This document shows positions 1 through 9,685 of a stretch of 64,000 nucleotides of DNA, piece by piece. The notes beneath the pieces were generated by a model. That model did not search any database. It had not been told where the DNA came from and saw only the letters and a list, made by a program, of their open reading frames with translations. Within the stretch, counting starts at the first letter, position 1. Every line of letters begins with the position of its first letter. The position numbers and the translations under genes are program-made. Origin of the DNA: an uncultured Gemmatimonadales bacterium (lineage in GTDB: Bacteria; Gemmatimonadota; Gemmatimonadetes; Gemmatimonadales; GWC2-71-9); NCBI GenBank assembly GCA_963695555.1, contig CAVOGR010000001.1, positions 704,001-768,000 on the forward strand, written 5' to 3'.

Positions 1-577
1 AGTCTCCTCGAGTCCACCCGCTCGCACCGTAGCGGTACCAGGTCACCTTGCCGGTGGCACGGACGATCTCGGCGGCCCGCACGTCGTGATCCTCGCCCGC
101 GGCCATACTCTTGGCCGTGATCAGGTAGAATCCGCCGTACTCGCTGGCTGAGCCGTCGCGGCGGAAGATGATGGCCGGCATGCCGTCCTGGGTGCGGGTG
201 AAGTTGATCGGGGCGCCGCCAAAGACATGGGCGCCGGCGCCGCCGAGCCCGAACGTGACGCCGTCCTCCAGCGGGTGTGACGTCACCCGCTCCGTCCCGT
301 TGATCGTGCCGTCGTTGTCCGCATCCTCGTGGATCCGCAACCGGTTGTTGCCCGCGTCGAAGGCAACGACCACGTTGTGCTGCAGGCTTACCGAGAGCCG
401 CTGGGCCGAGCTGAGCTTGCTGGACACGCCGCGCACCGCGGCGTTCACCTTGTAGGCCTCCATATCGAGCTGCGGGATCGCAATAGCCGCGGCCAGGCCG
501 ATGATGACGACGATGATCACCAACTCCGCCAGGGTAAACCCGCGTCGGTCGGCGAGGATTCGGTGTCTGTGGTCCAT
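1..577 (-). CDS. Prepilin-type N-terminal cleavage/methylation protein (FimT/GspH-like); 3' end at or just past window edge
   Basis: Manual translation from ATG 577: MDHRHRILADRRG^FTLAELVIIVVIIGLAAAIAIP, a class III signal peptide with G/F cleavage and Glu at +5. Absent from ORF track because no stop is complete in the window. Confidence 0.9.
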   Translation of the reverse strand, partial: MDHRHRILADRRGFTLAELVIIVVIIGLAAAIAIPQLDMEAYKVNAAVRGVSSKLSSAQRLSVSLQHNVVVAFDAGNNRLRIHEDADNDGTINGTERVTSHPLEDGVTFGLGGAGAHVFGGAPINFTRTQDGMPAIIFRRDGSASEYGGFYLITAKSMAAGEDHDVRAAEIVRATGKVTWYRYGASGWTRGD

Positions 578-700
578 TCCACTGCTCCGTCAGAAGGCGC
601 GGGGGTGGCGGGATCAGCAACCGTGGGCTCGAGGCGCACCCGGAGCCCAGGGATTCGGCACCGCCCGAATCCCCGCATGTCTTGTTCGACGACACTCGAG

Positions 701-716
701 AGCAAGCTTTGAGCCA
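701..716 (-). promoter_or_regulatory. Sigma-54 (-24/-12) promoter of the pilin-like gene
   Basis: Minus strand TGGCTC-AAAGC-TTGCT fits TGGCAC-N5-TTGCW with exact GG-N10-GC spacing, about 125 bp upstream of the ATG. Confidence 0.75.
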
Positions 717-731
717 GCGGATGAGGCAGTA

Positions 732-744
732 TAAGGTGTTGATA
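732..744 (-). promoter_or_regulatory. IHF binding site
   Basis: Minus strand TATCAACACCTTA matches WATCAANNNNTTR, just upstream of the sigma54 site. Confidence 0.65.
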
Positions 745-1041
745 TACAATAATCTGACAGTTCTTTGACACCATGCAAAGTGGGACCGTGCGAGGCAGAT
801 TTCGGCGGGGTGTTGGACATTGACAACTGGGGCCAGGCCGGGGAGGGAGGAGGTGGAACGAGGCCAAGCGCCCCTCCTCCAGCGCCCCCACAGACCGGTC
901 GTCCAACCCGCCCGCTCAACGACCGTTGGGCCACGCTCAACAATCCCAATGGCTTAGCTTGCCTGGCCCCGGCCGACTGGGGTATCTTGAGCCGCCGGCG
1001 GCCGGCATTTCCCTACGACCCACCACCCGAGACCAAGACCC

Positions 1042-2393
1042 ATGGCCGAACAAGGACTCATGGACAAGCTCGTGTCGCTGTCCAAGCGGCGGGGGTTCGT
1101 CTTCCAATCATCCGAGATCTACGGCGGGCTGGGCTCCGTCTGGGACTACGGCCCCCTCGGCGTCGAGCTCAAGCGGAACGTCAAGGAGCGGTGGTGGCAG
1201 GCCATGGTCCACGCCCGGGACGACATCGAGGGACTCGACGCCGCCATCCTCATGCACCCGAAGGTCTGGGAGGCCTCGGGCCACGTGTCGGGGTTCACGG
1301 ACCCGCTGGTCGACTGCAAGCAGTGCAAGAACCGCTTCCGGGCCGACGATCCCGCCATCAAGGGAACCCCAGGGACGCCGGATGCCCAGTGCCCGGTGTG
1401 CGGCACCAAAGGGTCGCTCACCGAGCCACGGCTGTTCAACCTCATGTTCAAGACGTTCATGGGACCGGTCGAGGAATCGGCCGCCGTGGTGTATCTCCGG
1501 CCGGAGACGGCGCAGGGCATCTACGTCAACTACCTCAACGTGCTTCAAGCCTCGCGGCAGAAGATGCCGTTCGGCATCGCCCAGATCGGCAAGGCGTTCC
1601 GCAACGAGATCACGCCCGGGAACTTCATCTTCCGGACCCGCGAGTTCGAGCAGATGGAGATGCAGTTCTTCGTGAAGCCCGGCAACGACGAGGAGTGGTT
1701 CGAGCACTGGCGCGACGGCGCATGGCCTGGTACCACGACCTCGGCCTCACGCCCGACAAGCTCCGCTTGCACGAGCATACGCCAGACGAGCTCGCCCACT
1801 ACGCCAAGGCTGCGTACGACATCGAGTACGAGTTCCCCTTCGGCTGGAACGAGTTCGAGGGCATCCACAACCGGACCGACTTCGACCTGAAGGCGCATCA
1901 GGAGCACTCGGGCAAGAAGCTCGAGTACTTCGACCAAGCGGCCAACGAACGCTACATCCCCTACATCATCGAGACGTCGGCCGGCGCCGACCGCGTCGCG
2001 CTGATCGTCCTGGTCGACGCGTATCGTGAAGAGGAAGTGAAGGGCGAGAAGCGCGTGGTCCTGGGACTCCACCCCGGGCTCGCCCCGATCAAGGCCGGGG
2101 TGTTCCCGCTGGTGAAGAAGGACGGGATGCCGGAAATCGCGGAACGGCTCTACGACGATCTCCAGCGGACACTGCCCGCATTCTACGACGACAGCGGGGC
2201 CATCGGCCGGCGCTATCGGCGACAGGATGAGGCGGGCACCCCGTATTGCATCACGATCGACGGGCAGACCATGGACGACCAGACCGTGACCGTCCGCGAC
2301 CGCGACACCATGGAACAGGAGCGGGTCGCGCTCGATCGGGTGGTGGAGTGGGTGAAGGGGAAGGTGGGAGGTAGCTTGGTCGATACCAAATAA
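1042..2393 (+). CDS. glyQS: Glycine--tRNA ligase (alpha2 type); apparent frameshift near 1720
   Basis: [45 protein letters not shown] in ORF 1042. [24 protein letters not shown] in ORF 765..2393. Confidence 0.95.
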
Positions 2394-2448
2394 AAACAAT
2401 CAGCTAATGGCTATTAGCTATTAGTCGGGTGCGATTATCTTGCTGCTG

Positions 2449-2497
2449 AATAGCCAATAGCCAATAGCCAATAGCCAATAGCCAATAGCCAATAGCC
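2449..2497 (+). repeat. (AATAGCC)7 heptamer array, with an inverted GCTATTA tract at ~2409-2424
   Basis: Read directly from sequence. Confidence 0.95.
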
Positions 2498-2525
2498 AAT
2501 GGCCCTTTTACCGGAGGGCAGACCG

Positions 2526-3803
2526 TTGCGCAACCCAAAACAAAGATCCATCGGCTCGCGATCGCTGAGGCCCGAGAGCCTCATGATGAGTTATGGATTC
2601 GATCCGCGTCTTTCCGAAGGGGCACTCAAGTGCCCCATTTTCCAAAACTCCACCTTCGTGTTCGAGTCGGCCGAGGCGGGCAAGGCCTTCTTCGAGCTGG
2701 CCTATGGGCTTCGGGAGCTGGGCCCGGGCGAGGAGCCGGGCCTCATCTACAGCCGGCTCAACAATCCGGATCTCGAGATTCTGGAAGATCGGCTCACGCT
2801 GTGGGACGAGGCGGAGGCCGCGATCACCTTCGAGAGCGGGATGGCCGCCATCGCCACCAGCCTTCTCGCCTACTGCCGCCCGGGAGATGTGTTGGTCCAC
2901 AGCGAGCCGCTCTACGGCGGGAGCGAGTACCTGATCACCCAGGTCCTGCCCGAGTTCGGCATCGAGCCGGTCGGATTCCAGGCCGGCATTCCCGCTGCGA
3001 CATTGGCACCCGAGATCACCAAACGCGTCGCTGGTCGCAAGGTGGCGGCGGCCCTGATCGAAACACCAGCCAATCCCACCAACGCCCTGGTCGACATCCA
3101 GGGCATGTCCGACCTGATCCACGGCATGGGGACGGGCGAGCAACGCCCCGTCGTGATGTTGGACAACACCTTCCTGGGCCCGCTCTGGCAGCACCCGCTC
3201 GAGCACGGCGCCGATGTGGTGATCTACTCGGCCACCAAGTTCATCGGCGGCCATAGCGACCTGATCGCAGGCGCGTGCCTGGGCTCGACCGAGATGCTCC
3301 AACCGATCCGCGTGCTCCGCACGTTCATGGGCACCATGGCCGGGCCGTGGACCGGCTGGCTGCTGCATGCGGAGCCTCGAGACGCTCAAGATGCGGATGA
3401 CCGCCGCCGATGAAGAACGCCCGCTACGTGGCCGACTTCCTGGACGATCACCCCAAGGTGACCTCGGTGTACTACCTCGGCCTCCTCAGGGAGAGCGACC
3501 CGATGTTCGAGGTGTACCGTCGCCAGTGCGTCGGGCCCGGCTCGCTGATCGCGTTCGAGGTCGAAGGACGGGGAGGCCGGCGCCTTCCGCTTCCTGAACG
3601 CGCTCCAGCTGGTGAAGCTGGCCGTGAGCCTGGGCGGCACCGAGTCGCTGGCGGAACACCCCGGCACCATGACCCACGCCGACGTGCCCCCGGAGGATCA
3701 ACTGCGGATGGGCGTCACGCCGGCCATGGTTCGCATGTCGGTGGGGGTGGAGCACTACAGCGATATCTTGGCAGATTTGGAGCAAGCGCTGGAGGCAGTC
3801 TGA
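2526..3803 (+). CDS. Cys/Met metabolism PLP enzyme (cystathionine gamma-synthase/methionine gamma-lyase family); frameshifts near 3365-3410 and 3570
   Basis: [39 protein letters not shown] (PLP Lys), [21 protein letters not shown] 2526 follows GGAGG; ATG 2499 is an alternative start. Confidence 0.9.
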
Positions 3804-3878
3804 TAGGAGGTAGGAGTGTAGGGGAGTAGGACGCTTGTAACTACCTTCCCACTTTCCTACCACCTACCTACTAGCCAC

Positions 3879-4577
3879 GTGATCCTCACCGAATTCGAAG
3901 CCCTGGTCACTCGCCTCACCAAGGCCATTCCTCCTGACTACCTCAGGGGCGTGGCCGACATTACCGTCTCGCCCCGGGCGGTGCCCCATCCGGAGAGCCC
4001 CGACGTGTTCACCATGGGCGAGTGCGTGCCGCTGCTGGTGGTGATGGAGGATGACGAAGACGCGGACAGCAGCCGGATTGTGCTGTACCACGGTTCGTTT
4101 GCGGCCCTGGCCCAGTTGAACCCGGAATTCGATTGGGAAGAAGAGGCGTGGGAGACGCTGACCCACGAGCTGCGTCATCATCTGGAACGACGCGCCGGAG
4201 AATACGGACTCGAGACCTATGACTGGGCCGCGGACCAGAATTTCGCTCGGCGCGACGGCCAGTTGTTTGATCCCGGGTTCTACTTGGACGGGGAGCAACT
4301 CGCGCCCGGTGTGTACGAAGTCGAAGGCGACATCTTCATAGACCAGCGCGTGTCCGACCTGCCGGATCAGATCGAGTTCGAGTGGCAGGGAAGGGAGTAC
4401 CGTGTCGTGCCGCCGGTCGATATGACGCTGCCCGCGTTCCTTACCATACTGGTGGGCGAGGCGAGGGCGGAGGATGGCGACCTGATCCTGGTACTCCGCC
4501 GCCGCCCGGGGCTCCGCTCGTTTCTCAGGCCGAGCGAGCCGTATGAGGCGGCTGTGGGAGCTGTTGAGCAGGGGTGA
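3879..4577 (+). CDS. Zincin-like metallopeptidase family protein
   Basis: HELRH (HExxH) preceded by RIVLYHGSF, typical of minimal zincins. Confidence 0.75.
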   Translation: MILTEFEALVTRLTKAIPPDYLRGVADITVSPRAVPHPESPDVFTMGECVPLLVVMEDDEDADSSRIVLYHGSFAALAQLNPEFDWEEEAWETLTHELRHHLERRAGEYGLETYDWAADQNFARRDGQLFDPGFYLDGEQLAPGVYEVEGDIFIDQRVSDLPDQIEFEWQGREYRVVPPVDMTLPAFLTILVGEARAEDGDLILVLRRRPGLRSFLRPSEPYEAAVGAVEQG

Positions 4578-4622
4578 GCGCTACTAGCTACTAGCTATTA
4601 GTCGACAGTATTAGCTTCTCGC

Positions 4623-4719
4623 ATAGCCAATAGCCAATAGCCAATAGCCAATAGCCAATAGCCAATAGCCAATAGCCAATAGCCAATAGCCAATAGCCAA
4701 TAGCCAATAGCCAATAGCC
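4623..4719 (+). repeat. (AATAGCC)13 plus a partial unit, ending 2 nt before the ftcD ATG
   Basis: Perfect tandem array; inverted GCTA(C/T)TA units at ~4579-4601. Confidence 0.97.
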
Positions 4720-4721
4720 CC

Positions 4722-6413
4722 ATGCCAACATCTCGTCCCATCATCGAATGCGTCCCCAACTTTTCCGAGGGGCGCGACTTGGACCTGATCCGCCAGATCA
4801 CGGACCAGGTCGAGACGGTCGATGGTGCGAGGCTGCTCGACGTGGACCCCGGCGCCGCCACCAACCGGACCGTGGTCACCATCGCGGGGCCTCCCGATGC
4901 GGTGGTCGAGGCGGCCTTCCGTGCCGTGGCTCGGGCCACCGAGCTGATCGACATGACGAAGCACAAGGGCGAGCATCCGCGCTTCGGTGCGACCGACGTG
5001 TGCCCGCTGGTGCCGGTGTCGGGCATCTCGATGGATGAGACAGTCGTCTATGCTCGCGCGTTGGCCAAGCGGCTCGGCGAGGAGTTGGGGCTCACCATTT
5101 ACTGCTACGAGCACGCGGCCCTTACGCCGGACCGGAGGAACCTGGCCACGGTGCGCGCCGGTGAGTACGAGGGCCTGGCCCAGAAGCTCAGCGATCCCAA
5201 CTGGAAGCCCGATCTCGGCCCTGCCACATTCAATCCCAAGTCCGGCGCCACGGCCGTCGGTGCGCGGAACTTCTTGATCGCCTACAACGTGAACCTGAAC
5301 ACTACCTCGAGCCGGCGGGCCAATGCGGTCGCGTTCGACGTGCGCGAAAAGGGACGCGTCAAGACGGTGGATGGGAAGCCGGCTTCCGCCCCGGTACTCG
5401 ATGCCCAGGGCGAGAGGGTCTGGACGCCCGGGACGCTCGAGGGGGTCAAGGCCATCGGTTGGTACATCGAGGAGTATGGCATCGCCCAGATCTCGATGAA
5501 CCTGACCGATATCGACACGACGCCCATGCACGTGGCCTTCGACGAGGCAAGCGCCAAGGCCGCGGCGCGCGGGCTCCGGGTCACGGGCTCGGAGATCGTT
5601 GGCCTAGTGCCGCTCCGTGCGATGCTCGATGCCGGCAGATATTATCTCAAGAAGCAACACCGCTCGCTGGGTGTCTCGGACGGCGAGCTGATCAAGATCG
5701 CCGTCAAGTCGCTCGGCCTCGACGACCTGGGTCCCTTCAAGCCGGAGGAGAAGATCATCGAATACCTGCTCGCCGATTCGGACCGGAAGCTGCTGGTGGA
5801 TCTCCCGGTCGCGGCCTTCGTGGAAGAAACCGCCTCGGAATCACCCGCCCCGGGTGGCGGCTCGGTCTCAGCCACCGTGGGCGCGCTGGGTGCCGCGCTG
5901 GGCACGATGGTGGCCAACCTGTCGTCCCACAAGCGTGGTTGGGACGAGCGCTGGGAAGAGTTCTCCAATTGGGCGGTCAAGGGGAAGGCACACCATGAGG
6001 AGCTGGTCCGCCTGGTCGACCAGGATACCGAAGCGTTCAACGCCGTCCTGGCAGCCATGCGGCTACCCAAGACCACGGACGCGGAACGGGCCGAGCGAAG
6101 CGCCGCTATCCGGGATGCCACCGTGGGTGCCATTCGAGTGCCATTCCGCATCATGGAGCAGGCGCTCGAGTCGATGAATCTGCTCGAGGCCATGGCACGC
6201 GAGGGCCTGCCCGCATCGGTTTCGGATGCCGGCGTCGGCGCCATCTGCGCCCGGGCCGCGGTGATGGGCGCGTTCCTGAATGTCCGAATCAACGCCAAGA
6301 ACTTGGCAGACCACGAAACAATCAAGGATCTTCTCGCGCGCGGCCAGCGGATCCAGGCGGAAGCCATCGAGCGAGAGGCGAAGATCTTGGAGATAGTGGA
6401 GGGGAAGCTCTGA
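4722..6413 (+). CDS. ftcD: Bifunctional glutamate formimidoyltransferase/formiminotetrahydrofolate cyclodeaminase
   Basis: IECVPNFSEGR, HKGEHPRFGATDVCP, GARNFLIAYNVNL; cyclodeaminase SPAPGGGS. Confidence 0.95.
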   Translation: MPTSRPIIECVPNFSEGRDLDLIRQITDQVETVDGARLLDVDPGAATNRTVVTIAGPPDAVVEAAFRAVARATELIDMTKHKGEHPRFGATDVCPLVPVSGISMDETVVYARALAKRLGEELGLTIYCYEHAALTPDRRNLATVRAGEYEGLAQKLSDPNWKPDLGPATFNPKSGATAVGARNFLIAYNVNLNTTSSRRANAVAFDVREKGRVKTVDGKPASAPVLDAQGERVWTPGTLEGVKAIGWYIEEYGIAQISMNLTDIDTTPMHVAFDEASAKAAARGLRVTGSEIVGLVPLRAMLDAGRYYLKKQHRSLGVSDGELIKIAVKSLGLDDLGPFKPEEKIIEYLLADSDRKLLVDLPVAAFVEETASESPAPGGGSVSATVGALGAALGTMVANLSSHKRGWDERWEEFSNWAVKGKAHHEELVRLVDQDTEAFNAVLAAMRLPKTTDAERAERSAAIRDATVGAIRVPFRIMEQALESMNLLEAMAREGLPASVSDAGVGAICARAAVMGAFLNVRINAKNLADHETIKDLLARGQRIQAEAIEREAKILEIVEGKL

Positions 6414-6500
6414 AGGGAGCAGGGAGCAGGGAGCAGGGTGTCGGGAGTAGGCTGCGAAGGAGTAAGGAGTAAGGAGTGAGGAGTGAGGGTTGCCTCATCA

Positions 6501-6622
6501 TGTCATCCCGAGGGCGCGTTAGCGCCAGAGGGATCTCGCTGGTTTGTGCTCCTGGCTGGCGGATGCGCATGTCGGTCCACTGGGTCAGGTGAGGAAGATC
6601 CCTCGCTGCGCTCGGGATGACA
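6501..6622. repeat. REP/MITE-like inverted-repeat element TGTCATCCCGAG...CTCGGGATGACA
   Basis: 12-bp perfect terminal inverted repeats plus inner GAGGGATCT/AGATCCCTC pair; related half-copy at 23015-23050. Confidence 0.85.
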
Positions 6623-6687
6623 GATGGGGCGGAAGGTCGGAGTTCGATTGTCTTTCCCGCTTTCCAATTCTTGGGTGAGGAGCATGC

Positions 6688-7767
6688 ATGAGACGTTTGT
6701 TCGCGGTGGGATTGGTATTGCTCAGCACGACGTCACTTCGGGCGCAGACCGGGGAGTCCGATTATCTCGTGGGCGTGGTCAGCGAATCGGGTGATATGGT
6801 CACCTGGATTCGGCCCGGCGTGGACGCGCTCACGCTGGACCGGACGGTGCCGCTTGGCATCATGCCGGCCGACATCGACGGGCCACACAACCTGGCCGTC
6901 TCGCCCGACAACCGGTTCTACTACGTGACCATCGCCCACGGGCAGCCCTTCGGCACCCTCTGGAAGATGGACGCGACGGCGGACACGCTGATCGGGCGGG
7001 CAACGGTCGAGATGTTCCCGACGACCATCGCCCTGACCCCGGACGGTGGCTTTGCCTTCGTGGCTAATTCCGATTTCCATGGTGATCACCCACGCCTGAA
7101 CGCCGTCTCGGTCGTGTACACGCCGTCGATGACCAAGATCACCGACCTCATGCTCTGCGACATGCCGCACGGGGTGAAGGCCAATCACGCGGGCACGCGG
7201 GTATACGTCTCATGCATGCACTCGGACGAGATCGTCGAGCTCGATGTCTCGACCTTCGACGTGCTCCGCCGTGCGAAAGTGGGCGGGGGTCATGCGATGG
7301 CGAGTGGAGCCGGCGAACACACCGGGCTCGAGAACGAATGCGCCGCCACGTTCGTCTCGGTGTCCTCCGACGATCGTACGCTCTACGTGGCCTGTAACAA
7401 GAAGGGCACGCTCCAGGTGTGGGACGCCGCCTCGCTCACGCTGACGCGAGAGATCCACGTAGGGAAGGGGGCTTACAATGTCGAGCCCTCGCCCGACGGG
7501 CGCTACGTCATCGTCACCAACAAGAAAGAACAGAGCGTGAGCATGCTCGACGCGGTAACGCTGGAGGAGCTGGCCCGGATCCCGACCTCTAAGCCGATCG
7601 TGCATGGGGTCGCATACTCCCCAGACCATCGCTACGCCTATATTTCGTGCGAGTCCATCGGGTCCGATCCCGGCGCGGTCGACATGATCGATCTTGCGTC
7701 TCGCACCGTGGTCGCGAGCATTGCAATACCGGCTCAGCCAACCGGCGTCGCCATCTGGCGGCGCTGA
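6688..7767 (+). CDS. Secreted YncE/YVTN-type beta-propeller protein
   Basis: Signal peptide; repeated PH/PT-x-(V/I)A-x-SPDG-x-x-YV blades. Confidence 0.85.
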   Translation: MRRLFAVGLVLLSTTSLRAQTGESDYLVGVVSESGDMVTWIRPGVDALTLDRTVPLGIMPADIDGPHNLAVSPDNRFYYVTIAHGQPFGTLWKMDATADTLIGRATVEMFPTTIALTPDGGFAFVANSDFHGDHPRLNAVSVVYTPSMTKITDLMLCDMPHGVKANHAGTRVYVSCMHSDEIVELDVSTFDVLRRAKVGGGHAMASGAGEHTGLENECAATFVSVSSDDRTLYVACNKKGTLQVWDAASLTLTREIHVGKGAYNVEPSPDGRYVIVTNKKEQSVSMLDAVTLEELARIPTSKPIVHGVAYSPDHRYAYISCESIGSDPGAVDMIDLASRTVVASIAIPAQPTGVAIWRR

Positions 7768-7788
7768 CATCATTCAGGAACCGACATC

Positions 7789-8067
7789 ATGGTCTATGAG
7801 AGACATACCCCGTTGAGTAGCGCCCAAGTTATCGAACGGGCCAAGGAGTTCTTCGCCGAGAGGGTGCCGCACAATGCCGCCTACCCTGAAGAGGAAGGGC
7901 CGACCTACTTGACGCTTCGCGGCCAGGGAGGCGAGGAGATCGCCATCGCCGCAATAGAGGACCAGGCTCGGGGCGAGACCTACGTCCGCGCGTCGACCCT
8001 CCTGTTCGACCAGGCGCTCGACCGGTTCCTATCGACGCTGCCCGCGGCCGGGGAAACGGTCCAATGA
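7789..8067 (+). CDS. Hypothetical protein
   Basis: AGGA upstream; ATGA overlap with next gene. Confidence 0.75.
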   Translation: MVYERHTPLSSAQVIERAKEFFAERVPHNAAYPEEEGPTYLTLRGQGGEEIAIAAIEDQARGETYVRASTLLFDQALDRFLSTLPAAGETVQ

Positions 8068-8327
8068 GCGGCGACACGATGCTGGTCCGCATCATGGTCC
8101 ATGAGGCATGGGACGAGGTCGAGCTCGATCTCTCGGCCGCGACCTCGGTGACGGCGGCAAAACAGCGGGCGCTCGAGCTGACTCATGTGGACCAGCCGGC
8201 CGACATCTTCGAGGTCAAGTATCGCGGCGGCTCGATCCTGGACGAGAGCGTCTCCCTGCGCGACGCTGGTGTGGTCCCGAATGCCGGGTTGATCGTGTTA
8301 CGCCGGCGCCGGAGTCCGGTCCGCTGA
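8064..8327 (+). CDS. Small ubiquitin-like (EsaB/YukD-like beta-grasp) protein
   Basis: 87 aa; TSVTAAKQRAL...VKYRGGSILDESVSLRDAGVVPNAGLIVL resembles the Ubl pattern; no C-terminal GG. Confidence 0.6.
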   Translation: MSGDTMLVRIMVHEAWDEVELDLSAATSVTAAKQRALELTHVDQPADIFEVKYRGGSILDESVSLRDAGVVPNAGLIVLRRRRSPVR

Positions 8328-8341
8328 CCGCTGGTGCTGGC

Positions 8342-8605
8342 ATGACGCGCGCCCATCCCGCCTCCCGGCCGCTCACCCTCCTGGCCTTCGGTTTCCTGCT
8401 GATCGACGCCATTCTGCTCACGCTGGCAGGGCTCTGGAGCCACCGCGGAGCGCTCCTGGTGTTGGGCGCCGTGTTCGGCCTGGCGGCCGCCGGTGTCCTC
8501 GTCTATTGGCGGGCCCATCAGAAGCGGCTGGCGGATATTGCGGAGGCGCGGCGAGAATTGAAGGCAGAAGCGGAGGCACTCCGCGACCTAGTCAACGACA
8601 AGTGA
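8342..8605 (+). CDS. Small two-TM membrane protein with coiled-coil tail
   Basis: Two hydrophobic helices then a charged helix; operon position. Confidence 0.7.
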   Translation: MTRAHPASRPLTLLAFGFLLIDAILLTLAGLWSHRGALLVLGAVFGLAAAGVLVYWRAHQKRLADIAEARRELKAEAEALRDLVNDK

Positions 8606-8609
8606 TGCC

Positions 8610-9515
8610 GTGAGCCCTTCACCCGTACCCGTCTACACCCATCCCGATTGTCTCCGGCACGATCCCGCACCCGACCAGCCCGAGACCCCGACCCGCCTGG
8701 CCACCATCCTGCGGCGCCTCGAATCCGACCTCGCGGCCGACGTACGTCATGCGGCACCGGCCGGCATCGAGCCGCTGCTCGCCGTGCATCCCGCGGACTA
8801 CCTCGAGCGGCTCCGCACGCTGAGCGCGGAGGGCGGGGCTATGCTTACGTGGGACACCTTCGTCGATTCGGCTAGCTGGGACGCCGTTCTGGGCGCGACT
8901 GGCTGTGTCATGGCTGCCGTGGACCATGCCCAGAAGGGGCTCGGCAATGCGTTCTGCGCCATCCGGCCGCCGGGACATCATGCCCTGGCCACGACCGCGA
9001 TGGGGTTCTGCCTGGTGAACAACGTGGTGGTCGGCGCGCGCCGAGCCCAGGCCGCCGGCTGCGAGCGGCCGTTGATCATTGATTGGGACGTGCATCACGG
9101 CAACGGCACTCAGGCGCTGGTGGAGCGTGACGAGACCATCCGGTACATCTCGCTGCACCAGCATCCGCTCTATCCCGGCACCGGCATGGCCGAGGAGCGC
9201 GGTGTCGGCAACATCTTCAACCTGCCGCGCCCGCCCGGCTTGTCGGCCGCCCAGTATGTGGGCGACCTGTGGGACGCGATCGTCCGCGCCACCGACGGCT
9301 GGGACCCGGACATGCTGTTCATCAGTGCCGGATTCGACGCCATGGAAGGGGATCCGCTGGGTGGATTTACCCTGATACCGCAGAACTACGCCGACCTGAC
9401 GACCCGGCTCCGCGAACGACTGCCCAACGTCCCAATCGTGAGCCTGCTCGAAGGCGGCTACAACCCGGCGGTGATGGCGGAGGGTGTAGCCGCTCACATA
9501 GCGGCGCTCGGTTAG
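8610..9515 (+). CDS. Zn-dependent histone deacetylase family protein
   Basis: RPPGHHA, GFC, DWDVHHGNGTQ, SAGFDA, LEGGY. Confidence 0.95.
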   Translation: MSPSPVPVYTHPDCLRHDPAPDQPETPTRLATILRRLESDLAADVRHAAPAGIEPLLAVHPADYLERLRTLSAEGGAMLTWDTFVDSASWDAVLGATGCVMAAVDHAQKGLGNAFCAIRPPGHHALATTAMGFCLVNNVVVGARRAQAAGCERPLIIDWDVHHGNGTQALVERDETIRYISLHQHPLYPGTGMAEERGVGNIFNLPRPPGLSAAQYVGDLWDAIVRATDGWDPDMLFISAGFDAMEGDPLGGFTLIPQNYADLTTRLRERLPNVPIVSLLEGGYNPAVMAEGVAAHIAALG

Positions 9516-9598
9516 GGGTATACTACGGCGGATCGGCGGATCGGCGGATAGCGGCGCTCGGCTAGGGGGCGTATCTACGGCGGCGGGCGGATGGGCGG
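9498..9598 (+). repeat. Imperfect 2 x ~50 bp tandem repeat duplicating the HDAC 3' end
   Basis: ATAGCGGCGCTCGG(T/C)TAGGGG...TACGGCGG at 9498 and 9548. Confidence 0.85.
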
Positions 9599-9685
9599 TT
9601 CGAACAACGATAGGCATGAGCGATCCGCCGAACCGCCCGTTCCTCTCCTCATTCCTCACTCCTTACTCTTCACTCCTTACTGCCG

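Noticed and set aside
4623..4719. Repeat array as a CRISPR array, or the LLAIGYW-repeat ORFs as proteins
   Set aside because: It is a pure 7-mer tandem with no spacers or cas genes. The peptide repeat is just the antisense translation of the array.
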